A stretch of 64,000 nucleotides of DNA, taken from positions 6,634,001 through 6,698,000 of the forward strand of contig JAYWIR010000003.1 of assembly GCA_036172245.1 (NCBI GenBank), given 5' to 3'. The first letter of the stretch is position 1. Every line of letters begins with the position of its first letter. A program made the translations under genes and the position numbers. Shown one piece after another: positions 23,880-35,160 of the stretch. The notes beneath the pieces are model-generated. The model saw only the letters and a list, made by a program, of their open reading frames with translations, did not search any database and had not been told where the DNA came from. This DNA comes from Raillietiella orientalis (Eukaryota).

Positions 23880-25416
23880 GCAGCGGAGGATGAAATATCC
23901 CTCTGGAAAGGCGACGGTCGAAGGCGGGGCCGTCGACCGGCGCCGAATCGAGGGATGCTGCTGGATCGCCTCCGTCGGAGCGTAGTGCTTTCCTCCAGCG
24001 CCACGAGGGGTTGACTGGAGCCTCGGGGAATGATGCGCAGTCCCTGCGGACCATTTCTTCGGGTGGGGATGAACGCCCCTCGCGGCCGCTCGACAGCCCT
24101 CCCACTCCGAGCACGCGCGCGCCAATGGCGAGGAAGCGCGCGCCCGCGAAGGAGGTGGCCGGGTCGGGACTCTGAAGAGGATGGGAACGTCAGCTCCAGT
24201 CCTAGCGGCGAAGTTCGGGACCACACATTGCCACTCCCCAGCCGAACTCCTGTCCAGGACAGCATCAGCCGAGGGGCGGGGCGCGTTTTCCTCGCGCATG
24301 GCCCGCCGACCCGAGAGCTGCCCCCGGTGCCGGGTGCTAACTCCGGCGGGTGGTCCAGGGAGAGCAGGTAGATTTCCCCGCCGCCCCGGGCAACCGCGGT
24401 TGCCCAGAAACGGGTCAGTCGTGGGCGGAAAGGAAACGTTCGGAGCCACACCGCGATGCCCCTGCAAGAAACCACGGACTGCCCGAGGAAGTCCCCTATC
24501 CCCGGGCGCGTAGCACCCTACTCGCGGCCACGCTCGTCACAACACGACAAAGTGGACAGGGCGATGGCCTTGAGAGATGGGGGGTTTCCTGAGGGATCGC
24601 GGGGGAAAGAAGGAGCAAAGGGATGTCGGACGACGCACTTCAACTGGCTGACGCTTCCGCCCCCCAAAGCAAGTCGTCGCCAGAACGGAGCTCCTGGGCA
24701 TTCCTCCCGAAGAGGCTGAAATCCCCCCCCCCCCCAGTGTTTGCTCCGCGCTTCCCCTGAAGTGGCAGCAGTTGGGGGACATTGCAATCCCACGCAACGC
24801 GCCAGCCCACCACGGATACTGTGCCGCGGGGAGCATGGGGGACGCCTTCCCGTTCCTGTCGCTTGCTGGACTGCGTCGCGGCCCTCCTGAGTGTCTGGGA
24901 GCGCTCCGCCGCGGTCCTCCCCGTTCCCTGCGGGAATGACGGCAGGGAGGTCTTTCGGGAGGCGCCTCCCCGCGGGCGACCCGACGACGTGGCCCAGGGC
25001 TTCCCTCGCCGTCCTCGCGGGATCGCGGCGGCGGCGAGGGGTCAGCGCTGAACGGAGAGACCAGCCGAGCAGTGATGCCATCGCAACCGTCTGCTCTTTC
25101 GTGAGGCAGGCGGCGGCAAGGCGGTGCTGTAAGCGTGTCCGCCAACGGAAGGAGGAGGAAGCTGCCGAAATCCTCCAGGGGATGCTGAGGACTCCGGGAA
25201 GAAATCGTGACCTTCCCTCCCTCCTCAGCATATTTTTAAACTGAACCTTCGTGGTTTCCCCCTCCCCACCCTTTTTGTTTACCCCTTCCCACTCCTCCTG
25301 AGCTGACCTCATCGGGGGCGATGCCCACGGGAAGTGACGCCTCCGAATCGTTCCCCTTGGTAGTGGTGCTGCTGTGAAACCACAGCGAAGACATTTTTTC
25401 GGGGGGTGACCAGGTG
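23880..25416 (+). mobile_element. More decayed 3' half of the same element (copy C)
   Basis: Collinear remnants EISLWKG…GR, PREGGGRVGTL, RWGVS*GIAG, ALPLKWQQ, LLDCVAALLSVWERSAAVLPVPCGN, SDAIATVCSFVRQAAAR…EAAEILQGM, and a partial terminal motif gggtgaccaggtg. Confidence 0.7.
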
Positions 25417-25589
25417 AAAAGAAAGGCGACAGAGGATGGCGCCCCGAGGTGCGAAGTTCTGCCTTGGAGAGGCGGGTTCGGGGCATCTGCTCAGCTCTTC
25501 GCGAGGGAAGGCGAGGGGGTGGGGGTGGGGGCGCCTGCCCTCTCCCTCCGCTCGTCTTCCTCCGCCAGTGAGCGCGCTGGTCTCCCGTC

Positions 25590-25726
25590 AGCGGGTTCCG
25601 GGCTTCTCCCGCCGTTCCCAAAGGGATGCCCCGGACGGGTTCCTGAAAACGCTCCCCACCTCGATGGTCTTCGGCGTCCTGGCGCCCACGGGGTCCGTCG
25701 AGCAGAAAGCTTCGGGCCGGGAAGGA

Positions 25727-25758
<32 letters not shown>

Positions 25759-26520
25759 GAGGGCTTCAAGTTCGGCCGCTCGGTGTGGAACAGCAGCGTC
25801 CGAGGGTGCGCGCCGCCCTTTGGTGCTTGCGACCGGCAGCGGGCCGAGGCAGCACGAACGCTGCCCGAGGCGGGGGCGCGAAAGACCGAAGGACGGAGCG
25901 GGCGGGACTTCCTGCACGCGGCTCCCTGGAGGTGCAGTCCACGAAGCGCCCTTACCTTAGGGAAGGGCCGTCGGGACGCGTCCCGCCCCGCCCGGGCCTC
26001 GACGCCAAGAGCGCATTTTGGGCTACGAGTGTCCCCCACGAGATGACACTGGCTGACCTCTGTTCGGGTGCGGCCGCACCCGAGAGAACCTCCGATGACT
26101 GGCCTCCGGGATTGGAAGTTGAGTTTCGGGAGTCCTTCCAGAGGTCGAAGAAAGCTGTCGCGCACTCCTCTCGCGGTCGCCACGGAAGACGGCAAACAGC
26201 GAGGGGAGGGCAAGGTGGGCGGACGGCTGCTGCTGCTGCTGCTGGCGCTGTTGGTTGTTTCGCCGCCCGCGTTCGCGGGCGGGCGATCTGCGAGCGTGAC
26301 GGCGGCGGCCGCGGAGGAGAGCGCGGGGGCCCGCCGCCCTTGGCGCGACCGAGTTCGGCGTAGGGGGTGGTGGTGGAAAGGAGACCCCCCGTCCGCTTGC
26401 GCGCTGCTCAGCCGGGTGCGCGTCTCTCCTTCGGGACTCTGGAAGTCGGGCTTCAAGTGGTACGGGGCAGGCAGGATAGTCGGGCGGCTGTGGCAGGGAG
26501 AGGGCAGGACGAGCGAGAGA
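25590..26520 (+). mobile_element. Decayed RT-core fragment of the same element family (copy D)
   Basis: PFPKG, EGFKFGRSVWNS (Q.GF..GRSI.DN-like), RDFLHAA. Nucleotides 26042-26157 resemble 30877-30958. LWKSGFKWYGAGRIV follows. Confidence 0.6.
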
Positions 26521-26989
26521 GTCCAACAGACCGACCGCACGATTCGCCAGGAGGGGGGGGGGGGACCCGCCGTCACCTTTCGACTCGACTGCACCACCGC
26601 GAGGACGGCAGGGTGCCTTCGGTTGCGCGAGCGATGACGTCAGCGCGCCGCCGTCGCGCGAAGGATCGCACGTGTGCGGCTGGGGGCCGCCCACCGCATC
26701 GTTGGGCTGCGACCCGGCGCGGCCTGCCCGGCGGCTGCCAGCGGCGACGGCGGCGCGCGCGCGCGCCTTGCGTCAGGCGGATCCGCCGCCGCCGCCGCCG
26801 CCGCCGTCTGTTACCCACCGCCTTTCTTTCCCCCCCCCCACCGCCCCACCCCGCCAGCCAGCCTGTCTGCGGCGGCGGCGGCTCAGCTCACGTGGCTTCT
26901 CTGCGCGCCGTCTGGAAGAAGGAGTCAGGAGGCCCCAGTCCCGAACCCCACGTTCCGAAGCGTTGGCGCTCCGAAAAAGGAGCGCCGAT

Positions 26990-27436
26990 GCATTCTTGCG
27001 TGCGGTTCCGCTTCCCCTCCCCCCCCCCTCTCCCTCACTCCCTCCCTCGCGAGCGCGCCTCCGGGGCCCTTCTCCAAGGCGACGGGGGCAACAGGGGATC
27101 CCCAAGTGGGACGTGCCGGCAGGGCGGCGGACGGCGCTTCCGCTCGAAGGTCGCGGCTTCCGAGAGGGAAAAAAAAAAAAAAAAAAAAAAAGGGAGCTCC
27201 CGGAATCTCTTCGGGCCCCGCGAAGAGACAACGAAAATGCCCTCGTGCCGTCCTTGCTTCCTCGAGGAAGGAAGAAGAAAGGCAAGGCACGCCAAGCGAG
27301 CCCTCGGGGCAGCACAGGAACGCGAGGGGGACGGCCTCCGGCATTCCTGCTGAACGCGGTTCCGCTCGCCTCGTGCACGCGCGCACCTCCGGGGCCCGTC
27401 TCCAAGGCGACGAGGGGGGAGGGGCAACAATGGATC
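26990..27436. repeat. Diverged local direct duplication (about 100-bp blocks, about 340 bp apart)
   Basis: gcattc…gcggttccgct…gcgc.cctccggggccc.tctccaaggcgacg…ggggcaaca..ggatc occurs at about 26990-27100 and again at about 27342-27436. Confidence 0.75.
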
Positions 27437-29949
27437 TCGCCGGTCTCCCGGCTGGCATCGAGCCCTGGGGCGAAATCGGACGCGGCAGCGCGCCTGCGCC
27501 GTTCTCGAGCGCGGCGCTGTGCGTTCCGCGTTCTTGAATGCCCGAGGACGTCCCCAGAGACCTTGGTCCACATTCGGCAGATCCACGCGTTCTCGAGGCG
27601 CTAGCGACGTCTCCCTAGTGACGGAGGCTGGAAAGCGTCCTTTCCTCGTTGCTTTTCCGTTCTTCCTTGCCCTGCGGCTGCTTCGCTGCTCGCGCGCGAG
27701 CGCCGACGCGGGCGAAGAAAGGCGTCCAGGCGGCTTGGCTCGCCGTCGGGACGCGCGTCCTGCGCGTGCGCGGGGAAGCAGGAAGCGGGTGAAGAGAAAA
27801 GAGAGGCGAGGCGACGGGTGGAGGAGGGGAGCTGAGGAAGGGGAATCGGGGGTCGTGGGGGAAGAAGACGGCGGCGCGGAGAGCACCACAAGTGGGGGAG
27901 CTTCGTCACGTCTTTCCCTCGGAAGGGAAGCACCTCCGCCGCCGGCGCCGGTCGTCCAAGAGCCCGTCTTCCCGTCTCCTGAAGCCGCGGCGCTCCCCTC
28001 TCTGTTGTCCCTGCTGCGTCTCGCCGCCCCGCTGTTCCCTCCTCCTCTCATTCTTCTCCGGATCCCTCTCCCCTCCCCTCCTTCTGCGCTCGGTTCCCTC
28101 CGACCACCCCATGGAGGCATTCGGGGGACTTCCGGTAGCCACAGCAGCAGAGGGCTCCTCTTCCGCGAGGGGCGAGCCCCTCGGAACAAGAATGCGGATG
28201 GGGAAGGGTTGCAAGGCCTGGTTAAGACGGGGCAGGGGAGGCGGGGAGGTCCACCCTCCTGCCCTGCCCGAGCAGCGAAAGAGGTTGCGCCTGCGCCTGG
28301 GAAGGCGGAGGGGGCGTAGTTCGCGCGTCTCTCGTTAGAGGGGAGGCTCGGTCCTCGCCCGCGGCCCGGTGCGCTGTCTCTGCCATGAGGAAAGCACGCA
28401 TGGCTGGAGGACTCACGTGACGCGTTCGCGATGGCTGCGCGCGCGTTCCGCGGGGGAGGGAAGGGGGGACGGACGGACAGCAGAGTCGGTCGGTCGGTCA
28501 TCCGCGTGTCCTGAGCTGCCAAGCTGACCGAGAGTGTGTCCCGGCACGTGTGCGAAGGTTCGCCGAGTCGGGCGGTCCGGCGAATTCCAGTGGACCGCGG
28601 AGGGAGGGGAAGGAAGAGAGAGGGGGAGGGAGGGAGGGGAGGGGGAGGCTCGGAACGATCGCCCTGCCCCGAAAGCCGGGCGCGCGAGAAACGATCGGAT
28701 TTCTTTCCGCCGGTGCTTCCGCGTTCGCATGCGCGGCGCGCGCCCCCTGCACGCGTGGGCAACGCGAACGCATGCCAACAGGAACGTGACGTCACGGCTC
28801 TCACGGCGCGGCGCCTGTGATTGGGCCGCAGGGAGCGTTTCGGCTGCATCGCGGTGTTTCCAAGGGAACGCTTGCGGGCAGAGCCGGGGCCGTCGTCGTC
28901 GTCGTCGTCGTCGAAGGCTCTCTTCGGTGGTGGTCGGAGGTGGACCGGGGGCAGGTTCCTTCTTTCTTGCCCTCCCGAGCGCGTGGCCCGCGCGCTTCCC
29001 GCCCCTCGGCTCCCCTGTCGTCCCGTGGGAGGAAAAAGGTCCGCCGGGGCAGCCGCCGGGCCCGTGGCGCGGGAGGAAGCTGCTGCGGCCCCCGGAACCG
29101 TCTTCCTCCTACCTGTTTTACTGCTGTGAACGCTCGGGCGCGCTTCATTCATGTGGAGCCGCGCGCTCGCGCAGGCGAACCCGCGGGCGCCCGCGCAGCC
29201 AATGGGATCGCCGCCCGGCGCGTAAACACGTCACCCGGGCGCGCTCAGGGCACGCGCGCGAAGCACCGGCCGTTGCCGAGGTTTCCCCCCGGAGACGCTC
29301 CGAGTTAACAAGCTGGAATGCGGAGCGAGCGGATCACGAGGTCACTCTGGAAACGAACGCGGCTGTGGGGGCGCGCGCGGAACGCGGGGAGGAGGAAGGA
29401 AACGTTTCTCCCGTGCCGGCCCCGCTCTCGCCCTCCGCCGGGAGGGAGGCTCCGGAAACCAAGGCGGCGGCGGCTGCGGGGGCAGGTGGAGAGGGCGCGC
29501 GGCGGACCACGAGCCTCCCCTCCTCCTCCCTCGAGGTGTGTGTGCACGGGGGGGGGGGGATCTGCACGGGGCGGAGGTGCTGCCTTCCCGCGGGGAGGCG
29601 CGCGCTCGTTCCGCCGAGAGAGAGAGCCCCTCCGCGCCGCGCAGCGTCCAAACGAGGAAGCTCTGCCTCTCTCTCTCTCTCTCTCTCTCCACCATCTCGC
29701 AGGGGACGACGGATGCACCGCGGCCGCTGATTCTCCGCGCGGACCGTCCGTTTCCTGGCAACGGGGAAAGGGGGGGGGGGGGGGGGGAGAGTCAGAGAGA
29801 TCGCCTTCAGAGCACCTCGGGCCCCCTCCACGGGCGGGGGAAAATGCCCGTCGCTTCCGTGGTGGATGCCGGCGAGCGTCCGAAAGCGCGATCGCGGAAA
29901 GTTATCTGCGGATCGCGTTATCGCGTTGGGTGTCGCTGCCCGCGGTGTT

Positions 29950-31604
29950 TCGGTCCCGTCGGGAGCCGCGCGCGACCCGGTCGCAGCCGCCACGCCTATC
30001 GGGGGCTTCGTGCCGCCCTCAACTCCGCTGAAAGGTCCGAAAGTCGCCGAAGAAGCGCTCCGGCCGCACAACCGCCACGTCCTCCTCCTTTCCCTTTCCT
30101 CCCTACGACCGGAAGAGGCAGCAGGAGTGCCAGGCGCCCGGCTGCTGCGAAGGAGGCGCGTCCCGGCATCCCCTCTCCCCGAAGCGGACGCGCGCTGCGC
30201 GGGACTCAATCCAGGGGAGGCGGATACCGCCCTCGGCCGACCGTGCAGAGCAGAGCAGGAAGGGCTCGGGGGCGAAAATGCTCGCCCCAGGGGGGGACAG
30301 CGGTTCTCGTGGTTCGGCAACCACGGAGGCGGAGACGGGGGGGGGGGGGGGAAGAGATGGTCCCCACCGCTCTCGGAACGTTCCGCCGGCTGGAGAGGCG
30401 GCGGCAGGAATGGGGCTGCTGACTTTCCGCGCTGCCGCCGGTGCTGCGGACGGTCGAGCTCCGCTCCCAGGCGTGGCGCCCGCCCGTCTTCCGCCCCTGC
30501 TGCTCCCGGGACCTCGGGACGAGAGCGGCACGCAGCACCATCTCCCGGCCTTCAGCTCCGCCGAGACCACCCTCCGCACCGTTTCCCGGGAAACGGGTCC
30601 AAGCGCTCACGTGTCTCCGCAGCCGAGCCCTGGTGCCCATCCGAGCCACCGCAGCCTTCGGGCGACCGGTGTGCGTATCGCCGCTCCCACGCCAAGCGTG
30701 GTCCACTGCGGCGACACGGTGCAGCTCCGCCGGGGGCACCGCGGAGGTTCTTCGTGTCCGCACGCCGGGCCCGCGCTGGCGGCACCGATCGTCCCGGGTT
30801 CGAATCCCCGCCCGGGGGAAGGAGCGTCGACGCTGAGAACCGGGGGCGTGTCGTCGGTTTCGATTCCTCCTGCAAGATGACGCTGGTCGACCTGTTTGAG
30901 TGCGGCGGCTGGGACTGGAAGTTGACCGTCCGGGGTCAATTCAGGAGTCGAAAAGCCCTGCAGGGCGCCCCCTCCGGTTGCGCACAAAGGGAGCCGTCCT
31001 TCCCTCGGAGGGTGGACTCTCCATCGCGCACCATGGAGCTGGCTGGCACACCCCTCAGGGGGTCGCCTCTCCAGAGTGTCAAGAAGCGCGCTGCTCCCTT
31101 CTGGAAGCGCCCCTTTGGGGTTCTCTTCGGAGGAGCAGATCCTTTCTGGGGGGGAGCCCTCCGGAGAGAATCAGGGTTCTCGGGGTTCCCCTCCCAAGAG
31201 TTGAAGTTGTGCTCCCCCAAGGAGGGAGGACAACTTGAGGTATTGTGGCAGCATGGAGCGACGCCAACGGAGGAAACAACGAAAGGGACACCATCGAACG
31301 TGCAGTTCGTTTCCTGCGGATTGCGACCAGATGGCCCCACCTGGAGAGCATACGAATGGACCTTGACGGCATCCCGCAAAGGATGGACCCTCCTCCCAGC
31401 GGACAGTGATCTTTTCCTGGCCCTCCAAAGTGTTTGTTTTTTTCTAATTTTTGTTTTTTCCCCATCCCCCTCCTCTGCGGAGGAGAGTCGAGTCGGTCTG
31501 CGTACCGCCGACCCGGCAGGTCCTGCGTTGTGTTAGCCGTACTGGGGCCTTGTGCCACAAACGTATAGAAGAGTTTCAAATAAACGCCCTGGCGTGACCG
31601 GGTG
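29950..31604 (+). mobile_element. Internally deleted L1/Tx1-like element (copy E): RT remnants fused to the extreme 3' end
   Basis: Collinear RT-like remnants AYRGLRAALNS, GDTVQLRRGHRGGSSCP, FLLQDDA, GLEVDR…KS and RIRVLGVPL, then a jump to RDTIERAVRFLRIATRWPHL…DLDGI and AATAAACGCCCTGGCGTGACCGGGTG. The 5' boundary is approximate. Confidence 0.75.
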
Positions 31605-31769
31605 GCAACCCCCAAGGAGGGGCTGATGGGTCCTCCCGCCCTCGCGGAGCCGCCTGCGTCTCGGCATGCACGCCCGCCGCTCGCTGCGGGAGATCCTGGA
31701 GAGTCCCAGTGTGAGCACGCGTGGGCAGACCTGACCTGATATCCCCCCCCCCTTCCGCAGCGCTGCTGC

Positions 31770-32687
31770 CCGCCCCGGGGGAGGCGAACGGCAGCAGCCA
31801 ACCGCCGAGGTGGGGAGTCTCCCCGGAGATCGCAGGCAGGCGGAAGCTCAGTGGATGGACCACGGAGTAGCCGGCGGACGCTGCGATCCCGAGCGTCCTT
31901 CCACGTGGGTTTGCACTCTGGGGAGAGCTGCTCGGCATCCTTAAGGAAGACCTAGAGTGGCCCCCGGTGCTCGCGGGCAGTAGCGCCCTCCCTCCGAAGT
32001 GGCAAGATTCGGCACTTCGGCTGCTGCTCTGGCGTCTTCCCTGCGCCGCCCGTCTACGCCACTGGACACTGGGGAGTCCGGTTCTCACCAGCTTGCGGAC
32101 TGCATCTGCCCATGTGGGGACGCTTGCGGACCCCGACTGGCATCCCCGGGGGCTCTTTGAAACTCCCATCGGCGCGCGGGGCGCCCTTCCGCCAGCAGCA
32201 GCCCCAGCAGCTGCATCCGCGGGATTGCGGCGGTCTGGAGCGACGCTGACCCAGCGAGAGGACGCCATGCAGCGTGCAGTTCTCTTTCTGCGGATGGCCT
32301 CCAGACAGACCTCGCCGGCATCCTGGAACGGACGCAGGGACCATCCTCCCTCCAGCGAGCGATGGTCCCTTCCCGGCCCTCCGGCTGCTTTTCTTTTTCT
32401 TTTTTTCCCTTCGGGGGGATACTTCATGGACTTTTTTTTTTGTTTTTGTTTTTGCCTTCCCCTTCGCTGCCGAGGCAAACCTCGCCATTCTGCGGAGCGC
32501 CACCCCTGCAGGTCCACCCCCAGGCAAATCGAGCGTGGTGCGACCAGGCATCCTACCGCAAGACATCATACTCCATCAGGATCCTTGAAATAGCACGGTC
32601 ATCACGAAGCCCCTCCGATCCCGGGGAAACCGCAAGTTGAGACTCTGAGTAAATTTTTAATAAACACCCCGGCGCGTGCCCCCCGGG
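31770..32687 (+). mobile_element. 3' fragment of the same element (copy F)
   Basis: RWGVSPEIAGRR…DLEWPPVLAGSSALPPKWQDSALRLLLWRLPCAARLRHWT…REDAMQRAVLFLRMASR. Ends aataaacaccccggcgcgtgccccccggg. Confidence 0.8.
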
Positions 32688-32799
32688 CATTCTGTTGGAA
32701 GAAGTCGGGGCCTTCGAGGCAGGCCGTGCACGCGAAGGGGGGGGTGGGGGGTGCGTGCGGCTGCAGTGGAGGATCCATCCCACTGCTGCCGCCGACCGC

Positions 32800-33100
32800 C
32801 GTCCCATGTTGTGGCGCTGCGGGTTGGCGGGGCGGATCGGGATCGACGCCCCCTTCCTCCCAACTTCCTCCCTCCAATGTCCCTCCGGCGCGCGTTGCCT
32901 CCGTAGGAATGGAATCGCGTGCAGGGGGTGAAGGGCGGGAGGAGGAGGAGGGAGATGGCCACGTGGTGGTGGTCCGAGGGGGCTGAAGGAGGGGAAGGTG
33001 GTGCCACCGCGCGCCGTTGTCAGAGAGAGGGGTCTGCTGCTGAGCGTGGACGAACCCACGCTGGCGCGAACGAGCTCTCCCCTCCTTGAGCCAATTCACG
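32800..33100 (+). mobile_element. Possible further ORF2 fragment
   Basis: LWRCGLAGRIGIDAPFLPTSSLQ and KVVPPRAVVRERGLLL resemble the W..LS..GR and P...GGL segments. Weak. Confidence 0.35.
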
Positions 33101-33775
33101 GCGAGATCGGGCGGGAACGCGTCTCGTCTGTAATCTCCCCCGCATCGCGGGGGAGATGCGTGCCCCCTCACGGTCGCACGGGCGGAAGGAGGGGTGCGTC
33201 CCTCCGAGTCCCCGCGCTCTGCCACGCTCACCCGTCTGCTGCTGCCCAGGGCTTCTTCCTGGTCTGATTTGTTCGTGCAAACCTCACCATGGACCCCCCA
33301 GGAAGGGAGGGGGGGGGATCTGCAGGCGTGTTCTCGATTGCTTGCTTTCGTTCCTTCGGTGCCGTTTTTTCCCCTTCTCTTCCTTCCTCCTCGCACGCAC
33401 TCGTCGTCTTTGGGGTCTCATCTTCGGACCCCACCCACCCTCTCTCCTGATGGGCACGGATCCTCTGGCCGGTCCCCCGCACCGTCCTCTGGCCCTCGTG
33501 GGCTCGAGCGCGGTCCTGGCGTCCCCGGGCAGGACCCCGGGCGATTTCTGTGGGTCCTCCGCGCCATCGGAACGTCGTCGGATCGGCCGCAGGAAGCGTT
33601 GCGGGGCCGACCAAAGAAGAAACCAAAGAACGAAGAAGAGAGAAAGGCCAAAGGCTACGAAGAACGGAACGGAGGGAAGCGATACGTCATCATGATCCTT
33701 GATGCGGAGTGCGCGATCATCGCGGGATGAAAGGTGCTTCCGCCCGGCGTCGTGAGCAGCCACCAAGTGGTGCCC

Positions 33776-33810
33776 GTCACGTGACCACGTGGGTTTGTCG
33801 CCTATATAAA
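33776..33810 (+). promoter_or_regulatory. Candidate Pol II core promoter: tandem E-boxes plus TATA box
   Basis: GTCACGTGAC (33776-33785) overlapping CCACGTGG (33785-33792), then TATATAAA (33803-33810) in otherwise GC-rich DNA. A splice donor CAG|GTAATG lies at about 34026. Confidence 0.45.
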
Positions 33811-34639
33811 CACCTGAGTGAAAGCGATCGCAGCAGCCACCACTCCGATTAACGCAAACGTCAGGCGATTATGCGGTTCGGCAGCTCTTTCTTTCCTCCC
33901 TTCCTTTTTTTCTTTTTTTTTTTTCTCCTCTCCCTCCCTCCCCCCCCCTCCTTCGGGTTCTTTTGTGCGCAAGGGCGTCCTTCTGCTCTTGCGGATGCCA
34001 TCCTGCGCTGGATGCGCGCCCGGCAGGTAATGATCACTCCGCGGAATACGCGCGCACACGCGTTCGCACGCAGGCATTCTGAATGCCAGCCCGGTGGCAG
34101 GAAAGAGAGAGAGAGAGAAGCGGCAATCGTTCCGCGGCTGCTGGAAAGAAAGAAAGAAAGAAAGAAAGAAAAAAAAAAATGTCGCCGGTCACGCGAGGCT
34201 GGAGGAGGAGCCGCTCCGCGTGTGCGCGCAACAGACGAACCTGTAGCCAGCATGGCGTGCGCGGGGCCGGCCTCCGCGCCAACGCTTGAAGACGGCGCCC
34301 ACGGTCACCGTCGAGGATGGGTCGCGGGCGGGACAGCACCGAAGATCACGGCGGTTGCCAGGCACCTGATCGGTCCGTGCGCGCGCGCGCGTGCCCTTTT
34401 CCCTTTTCCCTTTTGCCGCCGCCGCCGCCCCCCCTCCCTTTCCCGTCTCACCTTCCTGCCTCATTTTCGCGCGTGCTCGGAGACTCTTCCCGCGTACACG
34501 GCGAGGGAGACGCCTTAGCCACAGGGAGAGCGCTGGAAAGTTTGCGGCCACTTTGGGGCTGGCGACGAGGAATTGGCGGTGGGGGGGCAGCCCCCCGTTA
34601 CGACATCGCCCCGGGAGGAGGGACCCCGAGAGGCTAGTA

Positions 34640-35040
34640 GGTGAGCTGCCTATACCCCCCTATGCGTGACCTCTTGAGATGGTTGGGTCTGCGGAAGGAA
34701 CCGTGGTTCCCGGCGTGGCAGGCTGGAGTGTGCCACCAACTCTGTTGAAGTGCTGAAGCGCGTCGCTGAGTCCAGAAGGGGTGATGGCAAATGGGACGGG
34801 GGAGCTGCGCACCGCTCTCCCTTGTGCCCCCCAAGGTGCACGCGAAGATGGGGTCGCGAAAACCCGGGCCCGCGCGAGCGCAGCCATCCGCATGCCTTCC
34901 AGATGAAGAGTGACCGAGTGTCGAATCCTTTGCTGGCTGCCTCGCAGACCCCTCCTTCCGGTGTCCGTCGGTCTTCTGGAGCCGGTGGGATGCTTCGGAC
35001 GAATGCGTTTCGCAGCAGCAGCAGCAGCCCGGAGCATGCG

Positions 35041-35078
<38 letters not shown>

Positions 35079-35160
35079 CCCCCACTGCCACCTATCTGCT
35101 TCGCATGGGCTGCAGGCGGCGTTTGGCGCAGGAACCCTTCGATGGAGCTGCAAGCTCAGG
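34640..35160 (+). mobile_element. Possible highly decayed RT fragment
   Basis: MRDLLRWLGL…FPAW, GSCAPLSL and gccttc-cagatgaa (AFADD-like) occur in RT motif order. Weak. Confidence 0.3.

Noticed and set aside
30790..30820. tRNA/SINE B-box-like GGTTCGAATCCC
   Set aside because: No convincing A-box or cloverleaf, and it lies inside an RT remnant.
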